From: an uncultured virus (IMG/VR IMGVR_UViG_3300025138_000029)
Taxonomy: Duplodnaviria; Heunggongvirae; Uroviricota; Caudoviricetes
Length of the DNA: 64,000 nucleotides
Virus record (IMG/VR): IMGVR_UViG_3300025138_000029
Reading direction: 5' to 3' (one strand)
Each line of letters begins with the position of its first letter. The stretch's first letter is position 1. The position numbers were made by a program, and so were the translations under genes. Positions 1 to 9,641 of this stretch are shown here, in pieces. The notes under the pieces are model-generated. The model worked only from the letters and a program-made list of their open reading frames with translations, searched no databases and was not told where the DNA came from.

Positions 1-796
1 GTTTATTCCAATCTTGTTCAGGTCTAACCTCTAAATTCGTTTTCCAAGCCGCGTCTAATATATTCATATTAACACCAACATCATTTCCCATAGAAATAAG
101 TGCATTAATATCTTTAGGAAAACATGTGCCTCCAAACCCTAATTTACCGTCAGGTCCTGGTACATGTAGATGAGAATCACCAATACGACCATCAGATGAA
201 AAACCATACACGGCATCGTCCCAATTAATTCCGACTAATTTTGCTAATCTATAGTACTCATTCATTAATGAAACTTTAGTAGCAAAAAAGGTATTATTCA
301 TATATTTTATAAATTCCGCGGTTTTTGAATCAGTATGTATAAAATGACGGTTCATAAATCTATTTGAAAATAGTTTTTCAACTCTATCCGTTAGTTCTTT
401 GTTACCACCAAAAATTATTCTAGACTGAGTTAACATATCTAACTTAGCCGTTCTTTCAGTTAAAAATTCAGGTGAAAATATTATATTTAAATGAGGGTAT
501 TTTACTTGTAATTTTTCTGTTGTACCTGGTAAGACGGTTGATTTAATAATATATATAGGACCTTCTATTGAGTCTTCAAAAACTTTTTCAATAAAAGATA
601 GGTCTTGTCTACCGTCAACACACATGGGTGTTGGTACACACACAAATATAAAATCTGACTCATGTGTTTCATCTTTAGTGTGTGTCGACTTTAAAGGGTC
701 AATATCATATACTCTAATTTCATTTGTCGGTGAAAATGCAAAAATTTGTGATTCACCTACAAAACCATTTCCAATAATTCCTACTACATTTTTCAT
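1..796 (-). CDS. ugd: UDP-glucose/GDP-mannose dehydrogenase family (3' end runs off the window; not in the ORF track)
   Basis: Own translation from ATG at 796: MKNVVGIIGNGFVG (Rossmann), FVCVPTP, IIKSTVLPGTT, FSPEFL, AEFIKYMNNTFFATKVS, catalytic GFGGTCFPKD. Confidence 0.92.
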   Translation of the reverse strand, partial: MKNVVGIIGNGFVGESQIFAFSPTNEIRVYDIDPLKSTHTKDETHESDFIFVCVPTPMCVDGRQDLSFIEKVFEDSIEGPIYIIKSTVLPGTTEKLQVKYPHLNIIFSPEFLTERTAKLDMLTQSRIIFGGNKELTDRVEKLFSNRFMNRHFIHTDSKTAEFIKYMNNTFFATKVSLMNEYYRLAKLVGINWDDAVYGFSSDGRIGDSHLHVPGPDGKLGFGGTCFPKDINALISMGNDVGVNMNILDAAWKTNLEVRPEQDWNK

Positions 797-797
797 T

Positions 798-1556
798 TTA
801 TTTTCTGTGTTTAGATGGGACCCATCCATGGTCCCTATAATTAATAACAATTTGATTTCTCAAATCCATATGTGAACCTTTCTTCCACGACGCACTACTA
901 TCTGTACCATAGTCCCATCCAGTTTTTTTCATACTACCCCATAAATCTTGGTTTTCTGGAGGATGTGGAGGGACGTAAGTTTCAATGTTTCCATATTTAA
1001 GGGCTAAGTAACTTAACTGTATATCTTCACCATTATCCCACGTCATTGGTTCTTCATAAAAGAGATATTTCAAGTTTTGTTTTCTCAAAAACCAAGAATG
1101 ACCAACCAAATCAACTTTTGTTATTTCGTTGTGGTTACCACCGTTCCAACCAATTTTTGCATGACGGCCGTAGTTATACGTATCTAATTCACCTGTAAAC
1201 AATACACCTGCGGTTCCTAAGATTGCATCACCAGTTTTTTCTAATGTGTTGAAGCAATTTTCAAACCATCGAGGTCCGGGAATGGTGTCATCATCAAAGA
1301 ATACCACATACTCAGTTTGAGCCAACAAACCAAGGGCAAATCTTCCATGAAATTTAAAGTTATGATTTGAGTTTATAATTTTATAGTCCCCAAATTCTTC
1401 AGATAAGTCTATCTGTTCCCTATCTTCTGGATTGTTATACCAAATCCAAATTTCTTTTGGTTTAATGGTTTGATTTTCAATTGCCTCAATCTGTTCTTTA
1501 AGATATTCAGGTCTTTTATAGCAATTTAATATTATTGTAATATCATTCATGTTCAT
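798..1556 (-). CDS. Glycosyltransferase, GT-A fold (GT2-like)
   Basis: ITIILNCYKRPEYLKEQIEAI N-terminus; YVVFFDDD DxD motif; GEDI late motif. Confidence 0.8.
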   Translation of the reverse strand: MNMNDITIILNCYKRPEYLKEQIEAIENQTIKPKEIWIWYNNPEDREQIDLSEEFGDYKIINSNHNFKFHGRFALGLLAQTEYVVFFDDDTIPGPRWFENCFNTLEKTGDAILGTAGVLFTGELDTYNYGRHAKIGWNGGNHNEITKVDLVGHSWFLRKQNLKYLFYEEPMTWDNGEDIQLSYLALKYGNIETYVPPHPPENQDLWGSMKKTGWDYGTDSSASWKKGSHMDLRNQIVINYRDHGWVPSKHRK

Positions 1557-2037
1557 ATATTTGTTTTGAGTTAGGTTTAGATTCTGCTCCAGCTTTATTA
1601 AAACGGTTTTTAGGTAAAATTATTTCTTTTCCGTTAAGTTCTAATTTAAATTTTTTAGAAAATAAATTTACATTATCTTTGTAATTAGTATAAAGTTCGT
1701 CATGTGAGATTATTATACAATTATCACTATTTAATTCTTTAGATTTATTAAGATAATTTTCCCATACTTCGATAATACCATCGTTATGTCCGTATTTTTG
1801 GTAACTTTTATTCCACTTATCATAGTCTTTATAAATTACTATAATTTTGTCTGAAAATTTAAATGAAGGGTAAGAGTGTTTAATGGCGATATACTTATTA
1901 TGTATACTTAATTGTTTTATGTCACATTTCCCATAAAAATTTTTATATCTAATATTTTTAAAATATTCTTTTAAGGTCCATTCTAAAAAATTGGTACCAC
2001 TTCTTGGTAATCCGTAAATTTGTACTGTATTTTTCAT
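1543..2037 (-). CDS. Sulfotransferase-like protein (short)
   Basis: N-terminal IYGLPRSGTNFL matches the PAPS 5'-phosphosulfate loop; KH, IIVIYKD and IISHDEL at the positions of the usual later motifs. Confidence 0.65.
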   Translation of the reverse strand: MKNTVQIYGLPRSGTNFLEWTLKEYFKNIRYKNFYGKCDIKQLSIHNKYIAIKHSYPSFKFSDKIIVIYKDYDKWNKSYQKYGHNDGIIEVWENYLNKSKELNSDNCIIISHDELYTNYKDNVNLFSKKFKLELNGKEIILPKNRFNKAGAESKPNSKQIYEHE

Positions 2038-3005
2038 AATAGTTTTGATATTTTTTTACTACTTTTACCGTTACCATATGGACACTTTTCATCTATAATG
2101 TAGTTTTTATTTATCTTATTAAACATTAATGATAAATCAAGAGGATTATCACACATATGAAGGTGACCAGTATCGAGACCTTCAGGTCGTTCAGTAGTCT
2201 TTCGACATACAATTACTTTTTTATTAAAAAAACTACCTTCTTCCTGTAATCCTCCACTATCACTAACCACAAACTTGACCTTCACTAATAATTCTAAAAG
2301 TTCAGTATGACTCAACGGCTCAATTACGATAACATGGGTTAAAATTTCTCTGTGTTTTTGAACGTTAGGGTTTGGATGTATAGGTAATATGAATTCTAAA
2401 TCAGGATTTTCTTTTGCTACATTATTTAGTTCAGTAAACCACTCATCCATCCAATGATGGTTTTCTCTTCTGTGTAATGTCACCAAAACCTTATTTGTAT
2501 ATTCACATTTGTTTTTATAATCTAAAAGATTATCTAATACTGTATTACCGACTACATGACAAATTCCATTAACTTTTTCGCTGATTAAGTTATCTCTTGA
2601 TAATTCTGTTGGACATAAATTAACATCAGAGATTCTCGCAATCATTTGTCTGTAACCTTCTTCAGGATACGGATGTTCTAAGTTATAACTTCTTAATCCT
2701 GCCTCTAAGTAATAAATCTTTTTTTGTCTATTGAATGCTGCAACCGCACATGCAAATGCTGATGCGGTGTCTCCTTGGACCAATACCGAGTCAAAATCTC
2801 CTTCAGGAAATTGTAAAAGACAATCACTAATTAATTGGTCTAATCTATTATCAGAATTACCAATAGTTATTCTATAATCAACTTTAATATCTTTTAGTAA
2901 ATCAGGATGTTGACCAGTAAATAAAAGTTCATAGTTATCTAATTCTTTTATTAGTGGTTTAATTTTTAACCATTCAGGTCTAGTACCAAAACACAATAAT
3001 ACCAT
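2034..3005 (-). CDS. wecB: UDP-N-acetylglucosamine 2-epimerase (non-hydrolysing); likely start at 3005
   Basis: FGTRPE, TGQH, VQGDT, EAGLRS, PYPEE, TLHRREN, SDSGGLQEE, TERPEG, PYGNG. Confidence 0.95.
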   Translation of the reverse strand: MVLLCFGTRPEWLKIKPLIKELDNYELLFTGQHPDLLKDIKVDYRITIGNSDNRLDQLISDCLLQFPEGDFDSVLVQGDTASAFACAVAAFNRQKKIYYLEAGLRSYNLEHPYPEEGYRQMIARISDVNLCPTELSRDNLISEKVNGICHVVGNTVLDNLLDYKNKCEYTNKVLVTLHRRENHHWMDEWFTELNNVAKENPDLEFILPIHPNPNVQKHREILTHVIVIEPLSHTELLELLVKVKFVVSDSGGLQEEGSFFNKKVIVCRKTTERPEGLDTGHLHMCDNPLDLSLMFNKINKNYIIDEKCPYGNGKSSKKISKLL

Positions 3006-3550
3006 TATTTTAATTTTATAGTTAACCAACATTTATTACTACCCCCATTTGTCCACGTTTTTCTACCTGACTCAAAAATAATGTCATAGTTTTTAAAAGT
3101 TGATTTTAATTCACTTTCAAAAGATGGATAATGGAACGCATCATCTACATGTATAATCGTATTAGATTTAACGTTATCTTTAAAGATTTGATACCAATAT
3201 TTTCTCAACTCCCCATCGGGACCATCGACAATGACTATATCATATTTTTCATCACTCGGAATAGATAACTTACCATCAGTTAAATTCTTTTTATCGTACA
3301 TTCTAACATCAATACCCTCATGGTTAGGTGCCCATTGAGGATTATCCTCGTAAGTAACATAAGTTACATTACTATATTTAGTTTTAAGTGCTTCATATAG
3401 TTTTACTGTGGTATTACCTGCTCCGAACTCTAAAATACTAATACTACTTTTATTAGGTAGAGATTCACCAATCTGTTTAACTTGTGTAGGCGTCATAGCA
3501 TTAGTACCATTAACTAACCCTAAATTTTCAAAAATATTTACCATATGCAA
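3005..3550 (-). CDS. Class I SAM-dependent methyltransferase-like
   Basis: ILEFGAGNTT (motif I), YDIVIVDGP, IHVDD. Confidence 0.75.
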   Translation of the reverse strand: MHMVNIFENLGLVNGTNAMTPTQVKQIGESLPNKSSISILEFGAGNTTVKLYEALKTKYSNVTYVTYEDNPQWAPNHEGIDVRMYDKKNLTDGKLSIPSDEKYDIVIVDGPDGELRKYWYQIFKDNVKSNTIIHVDDAFHYPSFESELKSTFKNYDIIFESGRKTWTNGGSNKCWLTIKLK

Positions 3551-4233
3551 ACTTTATTATTTTTTTGTTTTAAGTATCCTCTATTATTACCGACAACCCA
3601 TGGGTTAATAGTGGAGCCAATATCAATATAGGTGTTATTTTTATTATGTGAATGTAATTGATGTGATAGTATATTACCTAAAGGTCCGGATGAAAAAAGA
3701 AATAATTGATTTTCCTCTTCATCGGAATAAATTTTAGAGTCTTCAATAATTTTACTAACTTCTGGTTCTTTCCAAGAAGTTAAATTTAACGGAACATACT
3801 TATCAACTTTAAATGGTAATTCTTTATTTAGACCAACTTTATTAGCATATAAAACAACCCTACCTTCCCATTTATTAAATTCCGGTAAAAAATTATGTTT
3901 AAAATATTCGTAATTAGCATTAACAAATATATTTGCCCAAGTTACATTAGATGACCCTACATTGTCTCTCATCCATTGTACGTGTTCCATAGGTTGACAA
4001 CAACTACAACTAACACCCACATGATAATCTTCATGTTGATATTTAAATGACTCTAATAGTAATTTAAACTCTTTATCGTTATTATTTGGGTTAAATGACC
4101 ACCCATCACAGTTAGTTATTGGTTGATTAATTAAAATTTTATATTCCCCATCAGCATATTTACTAAAGGCGAATTTTTTTCGTTTTAAAACTTTATCAAA
4201 TAATAATTCTATGTCGGATTTAAAATTTTTCAC
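3538..4233 (-). CDS. Putative GT-D-fold (DUF1792-like) glycosyltransferase
   Basis: FAFSKYADGE resembles the S/RFGDGE motif; LFSSGPLG and YIDIGS C-terminal motifs; cluster context. Confidence 0.5.
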   Translation of the reverse strand: MKNFKSDIELLFDKVLKRKKFAFSKYADGEYKILINQPITNCDGWSFNPNNNDKEFKLLLESFKYQHEDYHVGVSCSCCQPMEHVQWMRDNVGSSNVTWANIFVNANYEYFKHNFLPEFNKWEGRVVLYANKVGLNKELPFKVDKYVPLNLTSWKEPEVSKIIEDSKIYSDEEENQLFLFSSGPLGNILSHQLHSHNKNNTYIDIGSTINPWVVGNNRGYLKQKNNKVCIW

Positions 4234-4238
4234 TTTAT

Positions 4239-4385
4239 TTATATATTTCTGTATCTTCGTTTATCACTCCACTGTACCTTTTTACTTTTACCTAACATAC
4301 TATATTTAGCCACTACTTGGTTAAATTTATTTCTGGTTTCTTGAGTATGTGGGTTACCATTGTTTTGTTGGTCCGTATTAGTCAT
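4239..4385 (-). CDS. Small hypothetical protein, 48 aa (MTNTDQQNNGNPHTQETRNKF...RRYRNI)
   Basis: Own translation; exactly fills the gap between two co-oriented genes and overlaps the upstream stop. Confidence 0.55.
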   Translation of the reverse strand: MTNTDQQNNGNPHTQETRNKFNQVVAKYSMLGKSKKVQWSDKRRYRNI

Positions 4386-5778
4386 TATTTTTTTTATTTC
4401 TATTGTTATGTCTTTCTAAGACTGTTTTATGTAATTCTCCCATATTTTGTCTAGCTGAAGTAGATACCGAGCCCTTACCTTCGCTTTCATGGTGGAAATA
4501 TATAAATAGTCCTTTAGGTATTCTCTTACCAATAAAACCAGCGTCCATCATTTGTACCCATAAATCATAGTCGACCCATCCTTTCATTTCTGTGTTATAT
4601 CCTTCTACTGATTCATATGCTTCACGAGAATACATAGAACTATTAACAATAAAAGGACCCTGTAACAGTCTTTCTTTAGACCACTCAGGTCTTTTTTCTA
4701 ATCCTTGCATTTCACCTACATGAACAGTATCACAATATACCGGACTTATCTTAGGGTTCTTCTTTATGAGGTTAACTCCCATTTTAAGGTAACCAGGGTA
4801 AATCATGTCATCAGCATCCAAAGGTAATATATATTCCCCCTTACCTTCTCTAACCGCAACGTTTCGAGTATCAGAGACTCCCGTGTTCTCTTTATGAATT
4901 ATTCTTATACCTTCTTGACCTTCTAATGAATCTAATTTCATTAAACAGTATTGGTCATCTGAACCGTCATTAACTAAAGTAATTTCAAAATTAGTATAAT
5001 CTTGGTTATAGACTGATTGTAAAGTAGGGTTTAATCTTTTAGCGTAATTATAAATTGGCATAGCTAAGGTTACTAATGGTTCACCTTTCTTTATTGGTTT
5101 TTTATTAAATTTAGTAGGTATCAGTATAGGTAATTTATCTTCGTACATACTTAGAAATTTTAACCTATTACTTTCCCATTTATTATTTGTTTCACCGATA
5201 GATAAGTGTGTTATTCTAACGTCATAAAATACACCGATTTTAACACCACTAATATAATTTTTAAAACTAAAACCTAAATCATAAAAATGAAAACCATCAA
5301 AAGATTCGTCAAAGGTATGTTTTATTTTTGTTTTATTTAACGCAATAAAAAGACCATCAACAATAACGGTTTCATCTAATTTACTGCCTTTTGATTCACT
5401 ATATTGATTAGTCCATTTTTTTTCTCCTTGTTGGTGATTAACCACGCCTAACATTTCTTCAGTAATTTCCCACCATCTTGCTGACTTCGGAAAAAATTTA
5501 GTACCCGCAACCCCTAAAATACCATATTCAGGATTTCTTTTAAAATGTTTTAATATTTTATTACCCCAATTTTTCTTTTCAAAATAAAGGTCATCATGAC
5601 ATAATACTACTATATCGTTAGTTGCTTTTTCTAAAATTATATTATATGCCTCACTTAACGAATGAGTACCAGGGTTTTCAAAAGGAATGACTTCCATTTT
5701 ATGAACGCCACATGATTTTTCTATATATTCTTTAAATGTGGGGTCTATTTTTTTAGTGCAATATCCAATAGTTATCAT
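4378..5778 (-). CDS. Two-domain glycosyltransferase (GT-A + GT2)
   Basis: Domain 1: SLSEAYN, VLCHDD, DGLFIA, FHFYD; domain 2: MPIYN, VNDGSDD, N.GVS..RN, PLDADD, DYDLW. Confidence 0.88.
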   Translation of the reverse strand: MITIGYCTKKIDPTFKEYIEKSCGVHKMEVIPFENPGTHSLSEAYNIILEKATNDIVVLCHDDLYFEKKNWGNKILKHFKRNPEYGILGVAGTKFFPKSARWWEITEEMLGVVNHQQGEKKWTNQYSESKGSKLDETVIVDGLFIALNKTKIKHTFDESFDGFHFYDLGFSFKNYISGVKIGVFYDVRITHLSIGETNNKWESNRLKFLSMYEDKLPILIPTKFNKKPIKKGEPLVTLAMPIYNYAKRLNPTLQSVYNQDYTNFEITLVNDGSDDQYCLMKLDSLEGQEGIRIIHKENTGVSDTRNVAVREGKGEYILPLDADDMIYPGYLKMGVNLIKKNPKISPVYCDTVHVGEMQGLEKRPEWSKERLLQGPFIVNSSMYSREAYESVEGYNTEMKGWVDYDLWVQMMDAGFIGKRIPKGLFIYFHHESEGKGSVSTSARQNMGELHKTVLERHNNRNKKNND

Positions 5779-5788
5779 ATACCTTTAT

Positions 5789-6388
5789 TTAGTTACCCGT
5801 TGAACCAAAACCATTTTCGTTACGGTCTTTTTCTTTTATTTCAGAGACCCTTTTTAATTTTACATCTCTACCTTGAACTACTGGACATATAACTGCTTGA
5901 GCTATCTTATCACCAAATTCAATTACTTGTGGTTCAGGTGTTAAATTTATTAATATAACTTTAATTTCTCCTGTGTATCCTTCATCGATTGTACCTGGAG
6001 TATTTAAAACCGTTAATCCTTTTTTAAGTGCTAATCCACTTTTAGGTCTAACCTGTACCTCACATCTTTTAGGTACATTTATATGTAAACCCGTACCTAC
6101 TAAAACTCTTTCAAATCCATCTAATGTTACTTTTTCATTTGCCCTTAAATCAAATCCAGAGTCACTACCATAATGATACTTGGGTTCATCATTAATAGAC
6201 TTAAACGAATACTCTACCTCAGTAGGTTCAAATCCTGTATCTGTAAATGATTTTTCTAATTCATCATAATCGATTCCAAACGATTTCATCATTGATTTAG
6301 GGTCGGACATATCAACATCACTTAAAGTGTTTTTAAGGTCTGTTAATTTAGACATATCCTCTTTTAATTTATTTAGTTTATTTAACAT
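5789..6388 (-). CDS. dut: Trimeric dUTPase with N-terminal extension
   Basis: SGFDL, RPKSGL, GTIDEGYTGEI, KIAQ, R...GFGSTG. Confidence 0.95.
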   Translation of the reverse strand: MLNKLNKLKEDMSKLTDLKNTLSDVDMSDPKSMMKSFGIDYDELEKSFTDTGFEPTEVEYSFKSINDEPKYHYGSDSGFDLRANEKVTLDGFERVLVGTGLHINVPKRCEVQVRPKSGLALKKGLTVLNTPGTIDEGYTGEIKVILINLTPEPQVIEFGDKIAQAVICPVVQGRDVKLKRVSEIKEKDRNENGFGSTGN

Positions 6389-6391
6389 AAG

Positions 6392-7093
6392 TTATTTTAA
6401 TTTATATATTTTTTTAATCAACTCAACTAACACATGAACATCTTTTTCACAATATTCAGATATTGGTATTAAACCATTTGAATTCCAATAGGTGTCATGT
6501 ACTAAATTACCTGTCACTTCACCCGTTTTAGGACTATCGATACCCATAGAAACACACATCAAATCTAGCGAAGAGATACCAAAATTATTGCCGAATTGCC
6601 AAATTTCTTTAGTGTCTAACGCCTTAAATTCCCATGGTTTAGTGTCATAAGATGGTAGTAATTTAGGAGGTAGAATATTATTAGTTAAAAATCTTTTACC
6701 TAGTACAGGTATATCAAAAAATTTAATATTATGACCACAAAGATAAAAATCTAATTTTTCTACTTTATTAAGTAGTTCTTTAACTTTAATTAATAAATCT
6801 TTTTCATCATCTTCAGCGATAGTTTGAGTATGTATATCACCTGATGGTGTTATAAACGAAAAAGATGCGACAATTATTTTAGAAAACTCTGCAACTAACG
6901 CCGCCTTGTTTATAAAAATCTCTTCAGGTTTCTTACCTTCTTGGTCAGGATATTTTCTAATAAACCAATCAATATAGCTTTCAAATAATCTTGCTAATTC
7001 TGGTCTGTTTTTTTTTAGGGTTGGTAAATCTTTTTCTATTCCGACAGTTTCTAAATCGAAAAATAAAAGTTTATTTAATGGTAAATTTATCAT
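6392..7093 (-). CDS. Stand-alone DEDD 3'-5' exonuclease (PolB-exonuclease related)
   Basis: FFDLET, GHNIKFFD, SLD, YCEKDV. Confidence 0.85.
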   Translation of the reverse strand: MINLPLNKLLFFDLETVGIEKDLPTLKKNRPELARLFESYIDWFIRKYPDQEGKKPEEIFINKAALVAEFSKIIVASFSFITPSGDIHTQTIAEDDEKDLLIKVKELLNKVEKLDFYLCGHNIKFFDIPVLGKRFLTNNILPPKLLPSYDTKPWEFKALDTKEIWQFGNNFGISSLDLMCVSMGIDSPKTGEVTGNLVHDTYWNSNGLIPISEYCEKDVHVLVELIKKIYKLK

Positions 7094-8298
7094 TTTAATA
7101 GTGTTTTATATATTTGTGCTCTTGTTTTTGTGACGATATTTAAATCATATTTATCTTTTACTGTTTCATATAGTCTTTCACCCAAATCTTCTGCCCATGA
7201 TGGGTTCTTTACTAATTTTTTAACATATTTAGCCCAATCAGCATGATTTCTACCTTCATTTACTAATAGTGCGTTACCATCAACAAACTCACCGTATTTT
7301 AATGCGTGTTTTAAGTCTATAGTGTAGGGTCCAATATTTGAAGCGATAATCGCCTTTTTATAAAATCCTGCTTCAATAACTTTCAATTGAGATTTCATTC
7401 TATTAAAGATATGGTTTTTAATAGGTGCTAATGATACGTCAAATTTAGAATAATTTTTAGCGTAAGATGTAACAGGTTGGGTCCAAACTCTGTGATAGAA
7501 TTTTTCATTCTCATAAGGTTTAGGATTATATCTTTGTAAATATTTTTTATAATCATCGTCAATTAAACTATAATTTTTTGTAAATATTTTTTCGTATTCC
7601 GCCCAAACAGTTTCTTCAGGTTTAATATCTCGTTGTTTCTGTTTTTTTGTTTTTTGGTCTATTTCAGTAACAGTACCTCTTGTATCAAACCCGCAAAGAT
7701 ATAAATCAAACGTATCATTAAGTGTTCCTGTCTTACTAAAACAATCGGATAATATTTTTAAATCATGTAAGTGTGATGACCCCCCTAACCAACCAAACCT
7801 TAACTTATCTGAAGGTTCGGTCTTAGCCATGAATTGAGGTTCTTTAGGGTTAATGGCATTTGGTAAAACAAATACATTTTTATTTAGTTTTTTAATTTCT
7901 TGTGCAAAAATTTCTGTAGTTGTAGTTACATACTGAGCGGCTTTTAAATTAGCTCGTATTTTCAAATGTAATTTATTATTAGTAATCATTACATGTGCAG
8001 GATGCTCTTTAGTCGGTAACCAATAGTCATCTATGTCGGCTATAGTGATAACCCCCCATTTTTTTAACTTTTCTAAAAGTGGTGGTGTTGAATCGTAGTC
8101 TTTAGTAATTGTTCTATGAAAATGTACTATATCGTAATTTTTCCAATAATTTTCATCATTAACTTTTGGTTCGTAATCGATATCTACATGAAAATCATCA
8201 GGATTTTGATTTTGTAGGAAGATGTGTGGTTCTACTGAACGAAATTTACCGACACCTGTTCTATCGGATGGTAGTACTAATATTCTAATCTTTGACAT
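7090..8298 (-). CDS. Glycosyltransferase, GT-B (GT4-like)
   Basis: DIDDYW, VLPNAI, GWLGGSSHLHDL, FN..KSQLKVIEAG, IIASNIGPY. Confidence 0.8.
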   Translation of the reverse strand: MSKIRILVLPSDRTGVGKFRSVEPHIFLQNQNPDDFHVDIDYEPKVNDENYWKNYDIVHFHRTITKDYDSTPPLLEKLKKWGVITIADIDDYWLPTKEHPAHVMITNNKLHLKIRANLKAAQYVTTTTEIFAQEIKKLNKNVFVLPNAINPKEPQFMAKTEPSDKLRFGWLGGSSHLHDLKILSDCFSKTGTLNDTFDLYLCGFDTRGTVTEIDQKTKKQKQRDIKPEETVWAEYEKIFTKNYSLIDDDYKKYLQRYNPKPYENEKFYHRVWTQPVTSYAKNYSKFDVSLAPIKNHIFNRMKSQLKVIEAGFYKKAIIASNIGPYTIDLKHALKYGEFVDGNALLVNEGRNHADWAKYVKKLVKNPSWAEDLGERLYETVKDKYDLNIVTKTRAQIYKTLLK

Positions 8299-8353
8299 AT
8301 ATTTTAAGTTTAATCAAAATATAGTAAAAGATTTTTAATAAGAAAAGGTATGC

Positions 8354-8947
8354 TTATTTTTTTACCTTCTTAATCTTTAATACTTTTCCTTCGAATATGT
8401 GATTACCTACTCTAAGTGATAGAGTTTCGTTGGTTTTTTTAGATGATTCAGATAATAAACCCGCATTTGATAACTCTTCTTTAACTACGTCTCTTACTGT
8501 GTCTCGTACAACATCTCTAATCATTTGTTTTAGGTCATTGTTAGGACTTAAAGAAGTGGTTGTGGTTATACCTTCATTTTGTGTTGTTGATGTGTTAGGT
8601 GTCTTATTATTATTCATTAACCTTGATGCTCCTTCTATAATATCATTAGATAAAACAGGGCTATTGGTTTGTGGTTGCGCTATTGGATTCTCTAACATTA
8701 ACTTTTTTATATCGTCAGGTAATTTAGAGTTATTTATAGCGTTTTCACTTACAGGTTGACCTAAATTAGTGGGTTGTTGTACAGGTTGTTGAGGTATCGG
8801 TTGTTGTACCATTTCTTGGGGTACATTATATGTCGCGTTAACATTTTCGGCCATAGGTAATGAATTACCATTATTATTTCTAGGGGTTTGGTTGTGTTTA
8901 TCCATTATTTGTCTAGAAACGGCTAATTTCTGCATTAAGTCACTCAT
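8354..8947 (-). CDS. Hypothetical protein, Q/P/N-rich
   Basis: 197 aa ORF in the minus-strand operon; low-complexity centre. Confidence 0.7.
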   Translation of the reverse strand: MSDLMQKLAVSRQIMDKHNQTPRNNNGNSLPMAENVNATYNVPQEMVQQPIPQQPVQQPTNLGQPVSENAINNSKLPDDIKKLMLENPIAQPQTNSPVLSNDIIEGASRLMNNNKTPNTSTTQNEGITTTTSLSPNNDLKQMIRDVVRDTVRDVVKEELSNAGLLSESSKKTNETLSLRVGNHIFEGKVLKIKKVKK

Positions 8948-8958
8948 ATTATTTTATA

Positions 8959-9342
8959 TTAAAATTTAGCGTTTAAAATTACACTTGACATACTATTATC
9001 ACCATTAGGGTTGTAGTTAGGTCTCGGTCTATTAAATGTATCGCTAGTTAGTTTATAAGTAAAGATTTTGTCAACTCTGAATAATCTCCATCCCGGTAAT
9101 GGTTTTTCACCTATAGATGCGGTATGGGAAGCTCCTTCTATATCCCACGCCCTTAGCACCATATTATTTCCACCTTTACTTCTTCCTACACATACAGGTT
9201 CAATAGTTCTATAACCTTTACCACCAGGTTCTTTACCATCATAATTAATAATCACAACTTTTCGGTCTCTAATTGATTTTTCAATATCATTAAGAGATGC
9301 TATTTCATTTATAAGACCTTTAACGGTTGTAATTAATTTCAT
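8959..9342 (-). CDS. Stand-alone WYL-domain protein
   Basis: VIINY...RTIEP..VG....LRAW.....WRLFRVDKI pattern. Confidence 0.75.
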   Translation of the reverse strand: MKLITTVKGLINEIASLNDIEKSIRDRKVVIINYDGKEPGGKGYRTIEPVCVGRSKGGNNMVLRAWDIEGASHTASIGEKPLPGWRLFRVDKIFTYKLTSDTFNRPRPNYNPNGDNSMSSVILNAKF

Positions 9343-9641
9343 TATAAATCAAAGTTAGGATAAGGGTTATTTGAACTAAATTTATCAATCTTAGTGTTTT
9401 CTACTCTCGCTTGTATATCTGTTGATGTACCTGCTTGTTCATTATAAACATCTAAAAATTGTGAAGTACCTCTACCTATATTATCACCGTCCGCCATGGC
9501 GTCAGGGTGTTGAGGTGAATAAAGGTCACTCTTAGGTGAAAAATCATTCTTTGGAAATAATTTTGCTCTTTCAGCTTCAGCGAACTCAGTTAATGAATTT
9601 ACTGGTTGTGCGAAATCTAATTTGTCGTTTTGTGTTGCCAT
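9342..9641 (-). CDS. Hypothetical protein
   Basis: 99 aa; stop/start overlaps with both neighbours. Confidence 0.75.
   Translation of the reverse strand: MATQNDKLDFAQPVNSLTEFAEAERAKLFPKNDFSPKSDLYSPQHPDAMADGDNIGRGTSQFLDVYNEQAGTSTDIQARVENTKIDKFSSNNPYPNFDL

Noticed and set aside
1..8298. Bacterial LPS/capsule locus (host flank of a prophage)
   Set aside because: Contiguous and co-oriented with phage-type genes, similar composition, no integrase, att site or export genes seen
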